This document shows, one piece after another, positions 25,542-33,348 of a stretch of 45,557 bases of DNA (position 1 is the stretch's first letter; every line of letters begins with the position of its first letter). The stretch comes from an uncultured Candidatus Saccharibacteria bacterium. Lineage in GTDB: Bacteria > Patescibacteriota > Saccharimonadia > Saccharimonadales > AWTP1-31. A program made the translations under genes and the position numbers. The notes beneath the pieces were generated by a model. It had not been told where the DNA came from, searched no databases, and saw only the letters and a program-made list of their open reading frames with translations. The stretch spans positions 653,102 to 698,658 of the forward strand of contig CAYPDT010000001.1 in the NCBI GenBank assembly GCA_964409615.1, written 5' to 3'.

Positions 25542-25857
25542 TGCAGACTTCAACGACAGAGTGTATCAATTTGTTGCCAGTGTACCATTCGGTAAATTGG
25601 TCACATACGGGCAGGTTGCTGCCAGTTGTGGCGCTGCCTGGGCAGCCTGGGAAGTTGGGCAAATTGCACATACTGGCCCTAGTGATTTGCCCTGGCAACG
25701 GGTAGTGAATAAGCAAGGCGGGCTAGCTAGCGGCTACCCGGGCGGCAAGGCAGGGCACAAAAAAATTCTGGAAACAGAGGGTATTGCAGTGAGTGAAGAA
25801 TATAGTGTTGAGCTTGGAAAATATATATGGCAACCAGACCAACAGAGCCTCTTCTAG
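25528..25857 (+). CDS. alkyltransferase-like protein (MGMT-family DNA-binding domain lacking the acceptor Cys)
   Basis: VPFGKLVTYGQVA ... PWQRVV in place of the PCHRV active site, as in ATL/YbaZ proteins. The start at 25528 removes an implausible extension that overlaps the HAD gene. Confidence 0.7.
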   Translation: MSRVDADFNDRVYQFVASVPFGKLVTYGQVAASCGAAWAAWEVGQIAHTGPSDLPWQRVVNKQGGLASGYPGGKAGHKKILETEGIAVSEEYSVELGKYIWQPDQQSLF

Positions 25858-26603
25858 TTATCGTTGGTCCTACCGCTAGCGGTAAGACAAACCTTGCCAT
25901 CGGCCTTGCAAAGCAATTCGATGGTGAAATAATCTGCGCCGATTCACGAACGATTTATAAGGGTATGGATATTGCCACGGCAAAGCCGTCAGCCCAAGAC
26001 AGGCAGAAAATTCCCCATCATCTACTAGATGTCGTATACCCAGACCAGCCATTTACCGTAGCTGACTTCAAGGTCCTCGCTGAAAAATCTATAGCTGATA
26101 TTCGTGCACGAAACAAGCTGCCAATAATTGTTGGGGGGAGTGGACTATATATTAATGCACTTCTATACAACTATAGTTTTACGCAAAGTGGTGCACAGCG
26201 TAGTGAACGTAATCCTCGTCACCTCGAAGGTACTACTCAGGTTGACGACGTACTACGTGCAGACGCTCTGATTATTGGTATCCAAGTTAGTGCAGAAGAG
26301 CTTAATCGTCGTATCGCACAGCGAGTAGATGACATGTTTAGTCAGGGGCTACTAGACGAAGCTTTATTTATATCTCAAAAGTACGGATGGGATATAGAAG
26401 CTATGAAAACATATTTGCCTCTACGCGCGTTGCTAGAAGGTAAGCAAAGTTTAGAGCAGACGAAGTCATTGATGGTGATTAAAGACCGACAGGTAGCGAA
26501 GAAACAGCGAACCTGGTTCAAGCGCAATAATAGTATTCATTGGCTCAGCGACCCCAGTAAATTCGTTGACTTTGTAACAACGTTATTGAACAATAAGTTC
26601 TGA
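25827..26603 (+). CDS. miaA: tRNA dimethylallyltransferase
   Basis: VIVGPTASGKT (P-loop), ADSRTIYKGMDIATAKP, HHLLDV and IIVGGSGLY. Confidence 0.85.
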   Translation: MATRPTEPLLVIVGPTASGKTNLAIGLAKQFDGEIICADSRTIYKGMDIATAKPSAQDRQKIPHHLLDVVYPDQPFTVADFKVLAEKSIADIRARNKLPIIVGGSGLYINALLYNYSFTQSGAQRSERNPRHLEGTTQVDDVLRADALIIGIQVSAEELNRRIAQRVDDMFSQGLLDEALFISQKYGWDIEAMKTYLPLRALLEGKQSLEQTKSLMVIKDRQVAKKQRTWFKRNNSIHWLSDPSKFVDFVTTLLNNKF

Positions 26604-26679
26604 ATAAAATAGTAGTATGTCTGCTACAATAAGAGAGTGATGAGTACGTTAGATGCTCACATCTCAGGGGGTTTAAACT

Positions 26680-27270
26680 ATGGTCGAACAGCTTTTTGGA
26701 TCAAAGACACGGGTAAAGCTTTTGCAGCTTTTTTATGGTAACCCCAACCGCTCGTTCTATGTTCGTGAAATTACCAGGAAGATTGATGAGCAGATTAACT
26801 CTGTCAGAAGAGAATTAGCTAATCTCTTAAACGTTGGCATTATTACATCAGATATGACCAACAATAAGCTGTATTACGAAGTAAATCAGACGTATGAATA
26901 CTATAAGCCATTGCTCCAAATCTTTGGAGACGGTAAGCCACAAGCAGGGAAAAGTCCTACTGAAGCCAAGGCAGCAGACCCACTAAAAGCGTTGGGCAAT
27001 GTAGAGTTAGCCCTGTACACTGGGCAGTTCACTCGCGACGAAAGTAGCGGTGTAGACTTCCTGATTGTCGGTGATATTAATCAAACCCAGTTAAACAAAT
27101 ACATTGATGAACTTGAAAAGAAAGAAAATAAAGAGATTCGCTACACGGTAATGTCTCTTGATGATTTTATGTATCGACAACGAATTAAAGACCGATTTGT
27201 TGCAAATATTATGTCCGCCAAAACCCAAGTGCTTGCAGATAAGCATGGGTTATTTGAAGAGAAAGACTAA
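26680..27270 (+). CDS. putative winged-helix transcriptional regulator with an uncharacterised C-terminal domain
   Basis: The N-terminal KTRVKLLQLFYGNPNRSFYVREITRKIDEQINSVRRELANLLNVGII resembles ArsR/MarR-like wHTH domains. AGGGGG SD. Confidence 0.5.
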   Translation: MVEQLFGSKTRVKLLQLFYGNPNRSFYVREITRKIDEQINSVRRELANLLNVGIITSDMTNNKLYYEVNQTYEYYKPLLQIFGDGKPQAGKSPTEAKAADPLKALGNVELALYTGQFTRDESSGVDFLIVGDINQTQLNKYIDELEKKENKEIRYTVMSLDDFMYRQRIKDRFVANIMSAKTQVLADKHGLFEEKD

Positions 27271-27276
27271 GGAGAA

Positions 27277-27906
27277 ATGATGGAAATACAATACTATGGC
27301 GCTAACTGCGTAAAAATTAACACCAAGAAGGCAAGTCTAGTAGTCGACGATAATATTAAAAGCCTGGGTGGTAATGACATTGCTAAGCCAGGTGACATCG
27401 TGGCATATACCAACGTAATTGGCACCCCCAAGGATGCAAAATTTATCGCGGTCCGCCCTGGTGATTACGAGATAGCTGACATTGCGTTGACTGGTATTGC
27501 TGCGCGCGCACACATGGATGAAGAGGGTAAGAGCACGGCAACTATGTACAGGGTCGTTGTAGACGACATCCGCATAGCAGTTGTTGGGCATATCTTTCCC
27601 AAGCTCACCGAAGCCCAGCTCGAGGCACTAGGCGTAATCGATGTACTGATTATCCCCGTTGGTGGCCATGGCTATACTCTTGACCCCGTTGGAGCACTAA
27701 CTGTTATTAAAGAGATTGATCCCAAAATTGTCATTCCAACGCACTATGCCGATACCAAGCTCAACTACGAAGTGCCTGCTTTGAGTCTAGGAGACGCTCT
27801 TAAGGAGCTTGGCATGGAGCCAAAAGAAACTACATCCAAACTAAAGATTAAGGCCTCTGACTTGCTCAATGATCAGCCACAGTTGATTGTCCTAGAGCGC
27901 CAGTAG
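27277..27906 (+). CDS. MBL-fold metallo-hydrolase-like protein (UPF0173-like)
   Basis: The overall pattern YYGANCVKI...VDD...VLIIPVGGHGYTLDPVGA...PKIVIPTHY resembles the Lactamase_B_2/3 type. I could not identify a canonical HxHxDH motif. Confidence 0.5.
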   Translation: MMEIQYYGANCVKINTKKASLVVDDNIKSLGGNDIAKPGDIVAYTNVIGTPKDAKFIAVRPGDYEIADIALTGIAARAHMDEEGKSTATMYRVVVDDIRIAVVGHIFPKLTEAQLEALGVIDVLIIPVGGHGYTLDPVGALTVIKEIDPKIVIPTHYADTKLNYEVPALSLGDALKELGMEPKETTSKLKIKASDLLNDQPQLIVLERQ

Positions 27907-27924
27907 TCGCTCATTAGCCAAAAT

Positions 27925-27955
27925 AAAAAAACCGACCTGTTGGTCGGTTTTTTTA
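27925..27955. terminator. bidirectional intrinsic terminator (between the + operon and rpmB)
   Basis: AAAAAAACCGACC-tgtt-GGTCGGTTTTTTT. Confidence 0.75.
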
Positions 27956-27971
27956 TATAACTGGTAAAAGA

Positions 27972-28163
27972 TTAAACCAGTAAGCCTTTTTTCTTCAGTG
28001 TTCGAATGGCTTGAGTACTGATTTTCATCTGAACTTTCTTGCCATCAATCACTAGAGTCTTAGTCTGAAGATTTGGTTTCCAGACTTTCTTGGTGTGGCG
28101 CTGCGAGAAGCTGACGTTGTGTCCGTACTGCTTGCCTTTGCCGGTGATTTCACATTTCTGCAT
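27972..28163 (-). CDS. rpmB: 50S ribosomal protein L28
   Basis: MQKCEITGKGKQYGHNVSFSQRHTKKVWKPNLQ is a typical L28 sequence. AAAGGA SD. Confidence 0.9.
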   Translation of the reverse strand: MQKCEITGKGKQYGHNVSFSQRHTKKVWKPNLQTKTLVIDGKKVQMKISTQAIRTLKKKGLLV

Positions 28164-28251
28164 AATTATTATTCCTTTAGATTCAAGGTGTTATTTTAGT
28201 GGTTTTACCTCTTAAAGTCAAGAGCAGGTAACTGCTTATATTTGATATACT

Positions 28252-28890
28252 ATGAGCACGATGTTTTCAGACCTTTCAGGAAGTGATTTAGTAATAGTAT
28301 TTGGGGCCATATTGCTGTCTATGGCAATACACGAGGCAATGCATGCCTTTACGTCGCACTGGCTTGGAGATACTACAGCAAAAGATATGGGGCGACTAAC
28401 GTTGAACCCATTCAAGCATATCGATGTATTAACCACTGTGCTTCTTCCTATGGGGCTTATTTTGCTCGGATTACAGCCGTTCTTCATTGCGAAGCCAGTA
28501 CCCTTTAATCCAGACAGGGTTAAGTACGAGGAGTTTGGGTCTGCGCTTGTTGGTCTTGCGGGGCCGTTTACGAATTTTTTGCTTGCCGTGCTGGCATCAC
28601 TTATTGTAAGGATATCAGGCATTGCAGTTGGTACTGATGTATTCCATGTTTTTAGTATTTTTATACAAATTAACCTAGCATTCTTTGTGTTTAACATGAT
28701 TCCATTCCCACCACTCGATGGTTCCCGTTTGTTGTTCGCTTTGGCTCCAGAGCCTGTACAGCGTGTCATGTATCGTATTGAAGCCGGCGGTTTGGCATCT
28801 ATACTAGTGTTTATGTTCGTCTTGTATCCAGCAATTGGGCCAATAATTGTTCGTATTATAGATAGTCTCTATTTATTCTTGCTTCGCTAG
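28252..28890 (+). CDS. site-2 protease family (M50) zinc metalloprotease
   Basis: HEAMH (HExxH) in TM1 and NMIPFPPLDG (the NxxPxxxLDG motif), in a polytopic protein. The start is ambiguous between 28252 and 28261. Confidence 0.8.
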   Translation: MSTMFSDLSGSDLVIVFGAILLSMAIHEAMHAFTSHWLGDTTAKDMGRLTLNPFKHIDVLTTVLLPMGLILLGLQPFFIAKPVPFNPDRVKYEEFGSALVGLAGPFTNFLLAVLASLIVRISGIAVGTDVFHVFSIFIQINLAFFVFNMIPFPPLDGSRLLFALAPEPVQRVMYRIEAGGLASILVFMFVLYPAIGPIIVRIIDSLYLFLLR

Positions 28891-29095
28891 ACGGTATAAT
28901 AACTGAGGTTGGTGCCAATAATATGATAATCTGAATATTTATCATACGGGACTCCAATATGTAATGCGGCCGTGGCCAATTTATGAGGAAACCCACCTGG
29001 GTTCAATTCCAGGTTGTCATGTTGGGACCAGCACCAAAAGGCACTCGAAAGAGTGTCTTTTGCGTCATCATAGTGTGATACTATTAATCCCATAT

Positions 29096-29171
29096 CAGGG
29101 TGTAGCTTAGTTGGTAAAGCGCTGGGCTGGGGGTCCAGAGACCGGAGGTTCAAGTCCTCTCACCCTGACCA
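29096..29171 (+). tRNA. tRNA-Pro (anticodon GGG), CCA encoded
   Basis: CAGGGTG-TA-GCTT..AAGC-G-CTGGG-CTGGGGG-TCCAG-AGACC-GGAGG-TTCAAGT-CCTCT-CACCCTG-A-CCA. The C1:G72 pair is typical of bacterial tRNA-Pro. An extended -10 TGaTACTAT lies at 29076-29084. Confidence 0.85.
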
Positions 29172-29236
29172 ATTACTATAGATATTTTTAGTTTCAAATC
29201 CATAATTCTGCTAGTTCTGTATGAGACAATAGAAAC

Positions 29237-30031
29237 ATGAAAAGCCTAAAGCTCAATCATTTTTTTGCACAGCAGGTCATTGCTGGCCATACCTTATCGA
29301 CCTGGAGAATTAATGACGACAAAGACTTGCATGTTAATGAAGATGTGCAACTTATCGACAAGGTTGACCCTCTTGATCCCGTCACCTGGGTTCCTATTGG
29401 CATAGCGCGTATAACTACCATACTCGAGAAACAGTTGGGCAAGGTTACACAAAACGATGTCGGCACAGACACACAGCTAAAGCCACTGAACGAATTACTT
29501 ATCGAATTTAGGGGCTATTATGGTCAGCAAATAGGCCCCGAGACCCCAGTAAAAATAATAACCTTCACCTTTACGCCAGCCCAAGAAAGCTCAAGCAGCC
29601 AACCGCATGAACACGCTACAGAGTTGAAGCTTTACTCAGACGGGGGCTCTCGAGGTAATCCTGGTCCATCTGCGTGTGGTTTTGTTCTTATGGACATGTA
29701 CGACAGGATATTAGTTGAAAATGGCATGCCACTTGGCATTACTACTAATAACCAAGCGGAATACCATTCTTTAAAACTCGGGTTAGAGGCTGCACTAGAC
29801 AAGAATGCCTCGATTGTCCACGTTTATATGGATAGCATGCTAGTCATTAATCAAATGAAGGGTATCTACAAGGTAAAGAATAGCGACCTCGTGCCCATTC
29901 ATCAAGCTGTCGAAGCACTAGTAGGTACTTTTACCAAGGTGACCTTCACCCATGTACCAAGAGAACGGAACCGACGTGCCGACTCCATTGTTAATCGAGT
30001 GCTTGACGGTACTAGTGCTAAGTCAGTGTAG
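29237..30031 (+). CDS. rnhA: ASCH-like domain fused to ribonuclease HI
   Basis: The C-terminal half carries the RNase H DEDD set: YSDGGSRGNPGP, NNQAEYHSL, VYMDSMLV and RRADSIVN. The N-terminal roughly 120 aa (FAQQVIAGHTLSTWRINDD...) looks like an ASCH/PUA-like domain. Confidence 0.75.
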   Translation: MKSLKLNHFFAQQVIAGHTLSTWRINDDKDLHVNEDVQLIDKVDPLDPVTWVPIGIARITTILEKQLGKVTQNDVGTDTQLKPLNELLIEFRGYYGQQIGPETPVKIITFTFTPAQESSSSQPHEHATELKLYSDGGSRGNPGPSACGFVLMDMYDRILVENGMPLGITTNNQAEYHSLKLGLEAALDKNASIVHVYMDSMLVINQMKGIYKVKNSDLVPIHQAVEALVGTFTKVTFTHVPRERNRRADSIVNRVLDGTSAKSV

Positions 30032-30044
30032 TATAATGTATCTG

Positions 30045-30379
30045 TTAGATTGTCGACTGGTCGCCTGAGCTTGCTCAGGAGGAAAGTCCGGGCAGCGCAG
30101 GGAAAGATAGTTGCTAACGGCAACCGGGGGCAACCCTAGGGAAAGTGCCACAGAAACGAGACTACCTCTTACGAGGAAAAGGTGAAACGAGTGGGGTAAA
30201 AGCCCACAACCTGTATCGGTGACGATATGGGTAGGTAAACCCTATCTGCTGCAAGGAGATGAGCCCTATTAGTGTTTCCCGCCAGGGGTTTGTCATAAAA
30301 TCCGCTCGATTCTACGAGTAATTGTAGAGCTAGATAGATGATCAGATAGAACAGAACCCGGCTTACGGACAATCTAGCA
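30045..30379 (+). ncRNA. rnpB: RNase P RNA (bacterial type A-like)
   Basis: The P4 strands GGAGGAAAGTCCGGGC (30079-30094) and ACAGAACCCGGCTTA (30351-30365), GGGAAAGTGCCACAGAAA, and GGTGAAACGAGTGGGGTAAAAGCCCAC. P1 pairs TAGATTGTC with GACAATCTA. A TATAAT box at 30032-30037 lies just upstream. Confidence 0.85.
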
Positions 30380-30381
30380 TT

Positions 30382-30409
30382 AAAAAACCGCTCCAAGGAG
30401 CGGTTTTTT
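30382..30409. terminator. bidirectional intrinsic terminator between rnpB and rplT
   Basis: AAAAAACCGCTCC-aa-GGAGCGGTTTTTT. Confidence 0.7.
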
Positions 30410-30433
30410 AATAACAATGCCGTTAGGTTTTGT

Positions 30434-30778
30434 TTATTTTTGAGCTGATTTAACGACTGCTTCAAAGGCAGCAGGTTCGTTAACGGCTAGTTCACTAAGA
30501 ACTTTGCGGTCAAGACTTATATTAGCGGTCTTTAGTGCTGCAATCAGTCGACTGTATGTTGTGCCGTGTAAGCGTGCTGCAGCATTAATACGTGCATTCC
30601 ATAACGCACGAAAGGTTCGCTTCTTATTCCGTCGGTCTCGATATGCATACTGTAGACTTTTGGTTATCGCTTGTCGGCCACGTCGGACGCTTGAGCGGTT
30701 TCCACGAGTAAAGCCTTTAGTAGCCTTGCGGATTTTCTGATGTTTTGCGTGTGATGTGACGCCTCGTTTGACTCGCAT
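30434..30778 (-). CDS. rplT: 50S ribosomal protein L20
   Basis: [26 protein letters not shown]...[25 protein letters not shown] is a typical L20 sequence. Confidence 0.92.
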   Translation of the reverse strand: MRVKRGVTSHAKHQKIRKATKGFTRGNRSSVRRGRQAITKSLQYAYRDRRNKKRTFRALWNARINAAARLHGTTYSRLIAALKTANISLDRKVLSELAVNEPAAFEAVVKSAQK

Positions 30779-30779
30779 A

Positions 30780-30974
30780 TTAGGCTCCTAACATTTTCTT
30801 TAGATTCTTTTTGGCTTGGCCAGTGACGTTTTGCACGCCAGCTAGTCCTCGCTTACGACCAGCACTCTTCTTTTCAAGAAAGTGACTAGCCATTGACTTG
30901 CGTCGCAGAACTTTACCGTTCTTTGTGACGCGAACGCGGTCTTTAGTACCGCTATGAGTCTTTAATTTTGGCAT
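30780..30974 (-). CDS. rpmI: 50S ribosomal protein L35
   Basis: [26 protein letters not shown] is a typical L35 sequence. AGGAG SD. Confidence 0.9.
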   Translation of the reverse strand: MPKLKTHSGTKDRVRVTKNGKVLRRKSMASHFLEKKSAGRKRGLAGVQNVTGQAKKNLKKMLGA

Positions 30975-31482
30975 TGCTGTTACTCCTAATAACGAAATTT
31001 AATTGCTTACCTGCTAGTTGAGGTTGTTGATCAACAACAATTTGCTCCCCAAAACCGGCTATTACTTTATCTGCAAGCTTGAAGCCCAGATCTTTATGGG
31101 CAAGCTCCCGACCTCTGTAAAAAACTGTAATCTTTACTTTGTGCCCGGCTTCTAGGAAACCAAGTATTTTTCGGGATTTGACCTCTAAATCGTGCTCACC
31201 AATTTTTAACCCAAATCGCATTTGCTTAACTTCAAAAGACTTAGCGCTACGTTTGTTTTTTTGTAACTGCTTAGTACGTTGGTAGTTGTACTTGCCCCAG
31301 TCAATAATCTTAGCAACAGGGGGATTGGCTTCTGGTGATATCTCGACAAGGTCGAGTTCTTGTTCTTCGGCAAGGCTTAAGGCCTCACTTTTTGACATTA
31401 CACCAAGTTGCTTACCATCCTGATCTATGACCCGTAGCTGGGTTGCTCGAATCATGTGATTCAAGCGGGTTACTTTGGCGAT
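30952..31482 (-). CDS. infC: translation initiation factor IF-3, probable non-canonical ATC start
   Basis: IRATQLRVIDQDGKQLGV and the C-terminal domain KQMRFGLKIGEHDLEVK. The frame stays open upstream of the ORF-track TTG (31464). An ATC at 31482 lies 6 nt after a perfect AAGGAG. Confidence 0.8.
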   Translation of the reverse strand: MAKVTRLNHMIRATQLRVIDQDGKQLGVMSKSEALSLAEEQELDLVEISPEANPPVAKIIDWGKYNYQRTKQLQKNKRSAKSFEVKQMRFGLKIGEHDLEVKSRKILGFLEAGHKVKITVFYRGRELAHKDLGFKLADKVIAGFGEQIVVDQQPQLAGKQLNFVIRSNSNAKIKDS

Positions 31483-31609
31483 TGCTTGCTCCTTGCATCG
31501 ATTAAGGTTGACCTACAATATATCAAATAATACAACAGGGGTCAAGCGCTTATGTGTGTTGAAAGATAAATATGCTCAATGTGAGTTAGAAGAATACTGA
31601 GACTAATTG

Positions 31610-33112
31610 CTAATGTTGTCTGTATTGCAGGGCCTCAGCAGTATGGCTATCGGTTATGGATGCTTGTTGTTCAAGGTCAGCTATTGTCTGCGATATCCTG
31701 ATGATTTTCATATATGATCTCGCAGAAATTTGTAATTTTTCAGAGGCTTCATTGAGAAGTGAAAGAGCAGAGGGGCGCATCCGCAATACTCTTTTTAGTG
31801 TTTTGCTATCTATGTTTCCGTTTAGCCACTGCTGAGAGCTATAGCGGAAGTGCTGGATTTTACGAGCAGATAGTATCCTTGATTGCATTGTCTCTAGCTG
31901 GTCATTATTCTTTCTCGGCGCCAGTAGTAAGCGATGGTCTAGTTGTTCTGATGCAACAAATATATCGATTCGGTCAGTAATTGGCCCGGAGATACGCTGT
32001 CGATAGCTGCTAACCTGGTTACTTGTACATCTACAGGTTTGTGTGCTCCCAAAATATCCACAGGGGCAAGGATTCGCTGTCGCAATAAGAATGAAGTCCG
32101 CAGGGAAGACGACTGTACTTTTTGAACGGGATAAAGTGATGCACTTATCCTCAAGGGGTTGTCGCAAGGCCTCAATTGTTTGATGAGAGAATTCAGGTAG
32201 TTCATCAAGAAACAAAACACCTCGATGACTCAAGGTGATTTCACCTGGTCGTGGGTGATTACCTCCACCTACAATGGATGTGTATGTAGAGGAATGGTGT
32301 GGCGCGCGAAAGGGCCTTTTAGTCACCAGTGCTTCATAATTCATGCCCGAGAGGCTATGCAAGTGACTTACTTCGATTATTTCATCGTTTGTTAGGGTAG
32401 GTAATAATTCCGGGAATGCACGTGCCAACATGCTTTTGCCAGTACCGGGTGGTCCGCTGATTAGTATATTGTGCCCTCCTGCAGCAGCTATCTCCAGCGC
32501 CCGCTTGATATGTTCCTGTCCGACAACGTCACCTATATCATTTGGCTTGGAGTCTTGCTCGCCTTCTATTGTGACCAGCTCATTCTGTATTACTGGAGGA
32601 GTAGGGTTTTCTAAGTATTCTAATAATTCGTCTATGCTGCGCACTGGAAGAACTTCAAGGTTCGGTATAGCTGCCGCCTGAGAGCAGTTAGATTGGGGTA
32701 TTACATAGGTAAAATTACCAATTTTCTTTCCATGGAGTAACATGCCAATTATCCCTCGTGCCGGCCGAACACTTCCATCTAGCCCAACTTCTCCTATAAA
32801 GATAAGCTTTGCGATTTTCTCCTGAGCAATTTGTCCACTCGCTACAAGGATTGAGATTGCAATACCTAAGTCCAAACTTGTACCAGTTTTTGGAATATCG
32901 GCAGGAGCAAGGTTGATTGCTATACGCTTTCTTGGAAACGTTAGCTTGGTGTTATTTAAGGCATTCCTTACTCGTTCACGTGATTCATCAATGCTCTTTG
33001 ATGCTGAGCCTACAATAACCATTGAAGGCAATCCATTACTTACTTGGCATTCAATATCAACTATATAGCTGGCCATTCCAGCATTCACAATCGTACGTAC
33101 AGTGGCTCCCAT
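31610..33112 (-). CDS. comM: Mg-chelatase-like AAA+ protein ComM/YifB
   Basis: The N-terminal ChlI/Lon-like domain (VDIECQVSNGLPSMVIVG), Walker A GPPGTGKSML, Walker B VLFLDELPEF, and a Cys cluster (CPCGYFGSTQTCRC). The start at 33112 sits 7 nt after a TATAAA box. The ORF-track start at 33295 reads through a terminator hairpin. Confidence 0.85.
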   Translation of the reverse strand: MGATVRTIVNAGMASYIVDIECQVSNGLPSMVIVGSASKSIDESRERVRNALNNTKLTFPRKRIAINLAPADIPKTGTSLDLGIAISILVASGQIAQEKIAKLIFIGEVGLDGSVRPARGIIGMLLHGKKIGNFTYVIPQSNCSQAAAIPNLEVLPVRSIDELLEYLENPTPPVIQNELVTIEGEQDSKPNDIGDVVGQEHIKRALEIAAAGGHNILISGPPGTGKSMLARAFPELLPTLTNDEIIEVSHLHSLSGMNYEALVTKRPFRAPHHSSTYTSIVGGGNHPRPGEITLSHRGVLFLDELPEFSHQTIEALRQPLEDKCITLSRSKSTVVFPADFILIATANPCPCGYFGSTQTCRCTSNQVSSYRQRISGPITDRIDIFVASEQLDHRLLLAPRKNNDQLETMQSRILSARKIQHFRYSSQQWLNGNIDSKTLKRVLRMRPSALSLLNEASEKLQISARSYMKIIRISQTIADLEQQASITDSHTAEALQYRQH

Positions 33113-33149
33113 ACGTGAGTTTATACAGCAACTTTTTTGGACAAACAAA

Positions 33150-33313
33150 ACCAAAAAAAACGGCCTTTTGCGAGGAAGGCCGTTTTCATTTTTTTGAGTT
33201 TTTGTTTTTGAGATTTTGCTTTTGGCTCTATCTCTTTTTGTTGATTCCAGTCTGTTGAGAACTGTTATCGAAGGGTCGTTTTTGTTTTTGAGCACTTTTT
33301 TTATTCAAGTGCT
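33150..33313 (-). ncRNA. candidate small RNA or comM leader (about 160 nt, A/C-rich)
   Basis: Bounded by the promoter at 33320-33348 and the terminator at 33153-33184. It has a 5' hairpin (33291-33313) and two perfect copies of CTCAAAAACAAAAAC. Confidence 0.35.
33153..33184. terminator. intrinsic terminator hairpin upstream of comM (T-tract strongest on the minus strand)
   Basis: AAAAAAAACGGCCTT-ttgcgagg-AAGGCCGTTTT: eight Ts follow the hairpin on the minus strand. Confidence 0.65.
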
Positions 33314-33319
33314 AAAGAC

Positions 33320-33348
33320 ATCTTATAAGTACTTTTTTTTACTGTCAA
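33320..33348 (-). promoter_or_regulatory. promoter TTGACA-17-TAAGAT (minus strand)
   Basis: The minus strand reads TTGACAgtaaaaaaaagtacttaTAAGAT: a consensus -35 with an exact 17-nt spacer. Confidence 0.55.

Noticed and set aside
28236-28769. 177-aa minus-strand ORF antisense to the M50 protease gene
   Set aside because: The plus-strand frame carries the HExxH and NxxPxxxLDG motifs, and the antisense product has no features. Shadow ORF.
28887-29153. 88-aa minus-strand ORF between the M50 gene and the RNase H gene
   Set aside because: Its 5' third overlaps tRNA-Pro. The shorter internal-ATG version (from 29093) has no SD or promoter that I can see and no motif. Kept as unsupported.
30169-30465. 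98-aa minus-strand ORF
   Set aside because: It lies entirely over the RNase P RNA gene and the shared terminator, so the RNA gene explains the sequence.
33198-33292. CRISPR-like or tandem repeat array
   Set aside because: Only two copies of a 15-nt motif are present, with no regular repeat-spacer periodicity. No CRISPR array or cas genes occur anywhere in the window.
33113-33295. In-frame 61-codon N-terminal extension of comM (ORF-track start GTG at 33295)
   Set aside because: The extension reads through a strong terminator hairpin and an A-rich, T-poor stretch where stops are rare by composition. ComM/YifB homologues begin at the MGATV...VDIECQV region, and a -10 box sits 7 nt before the ATG at 33112.
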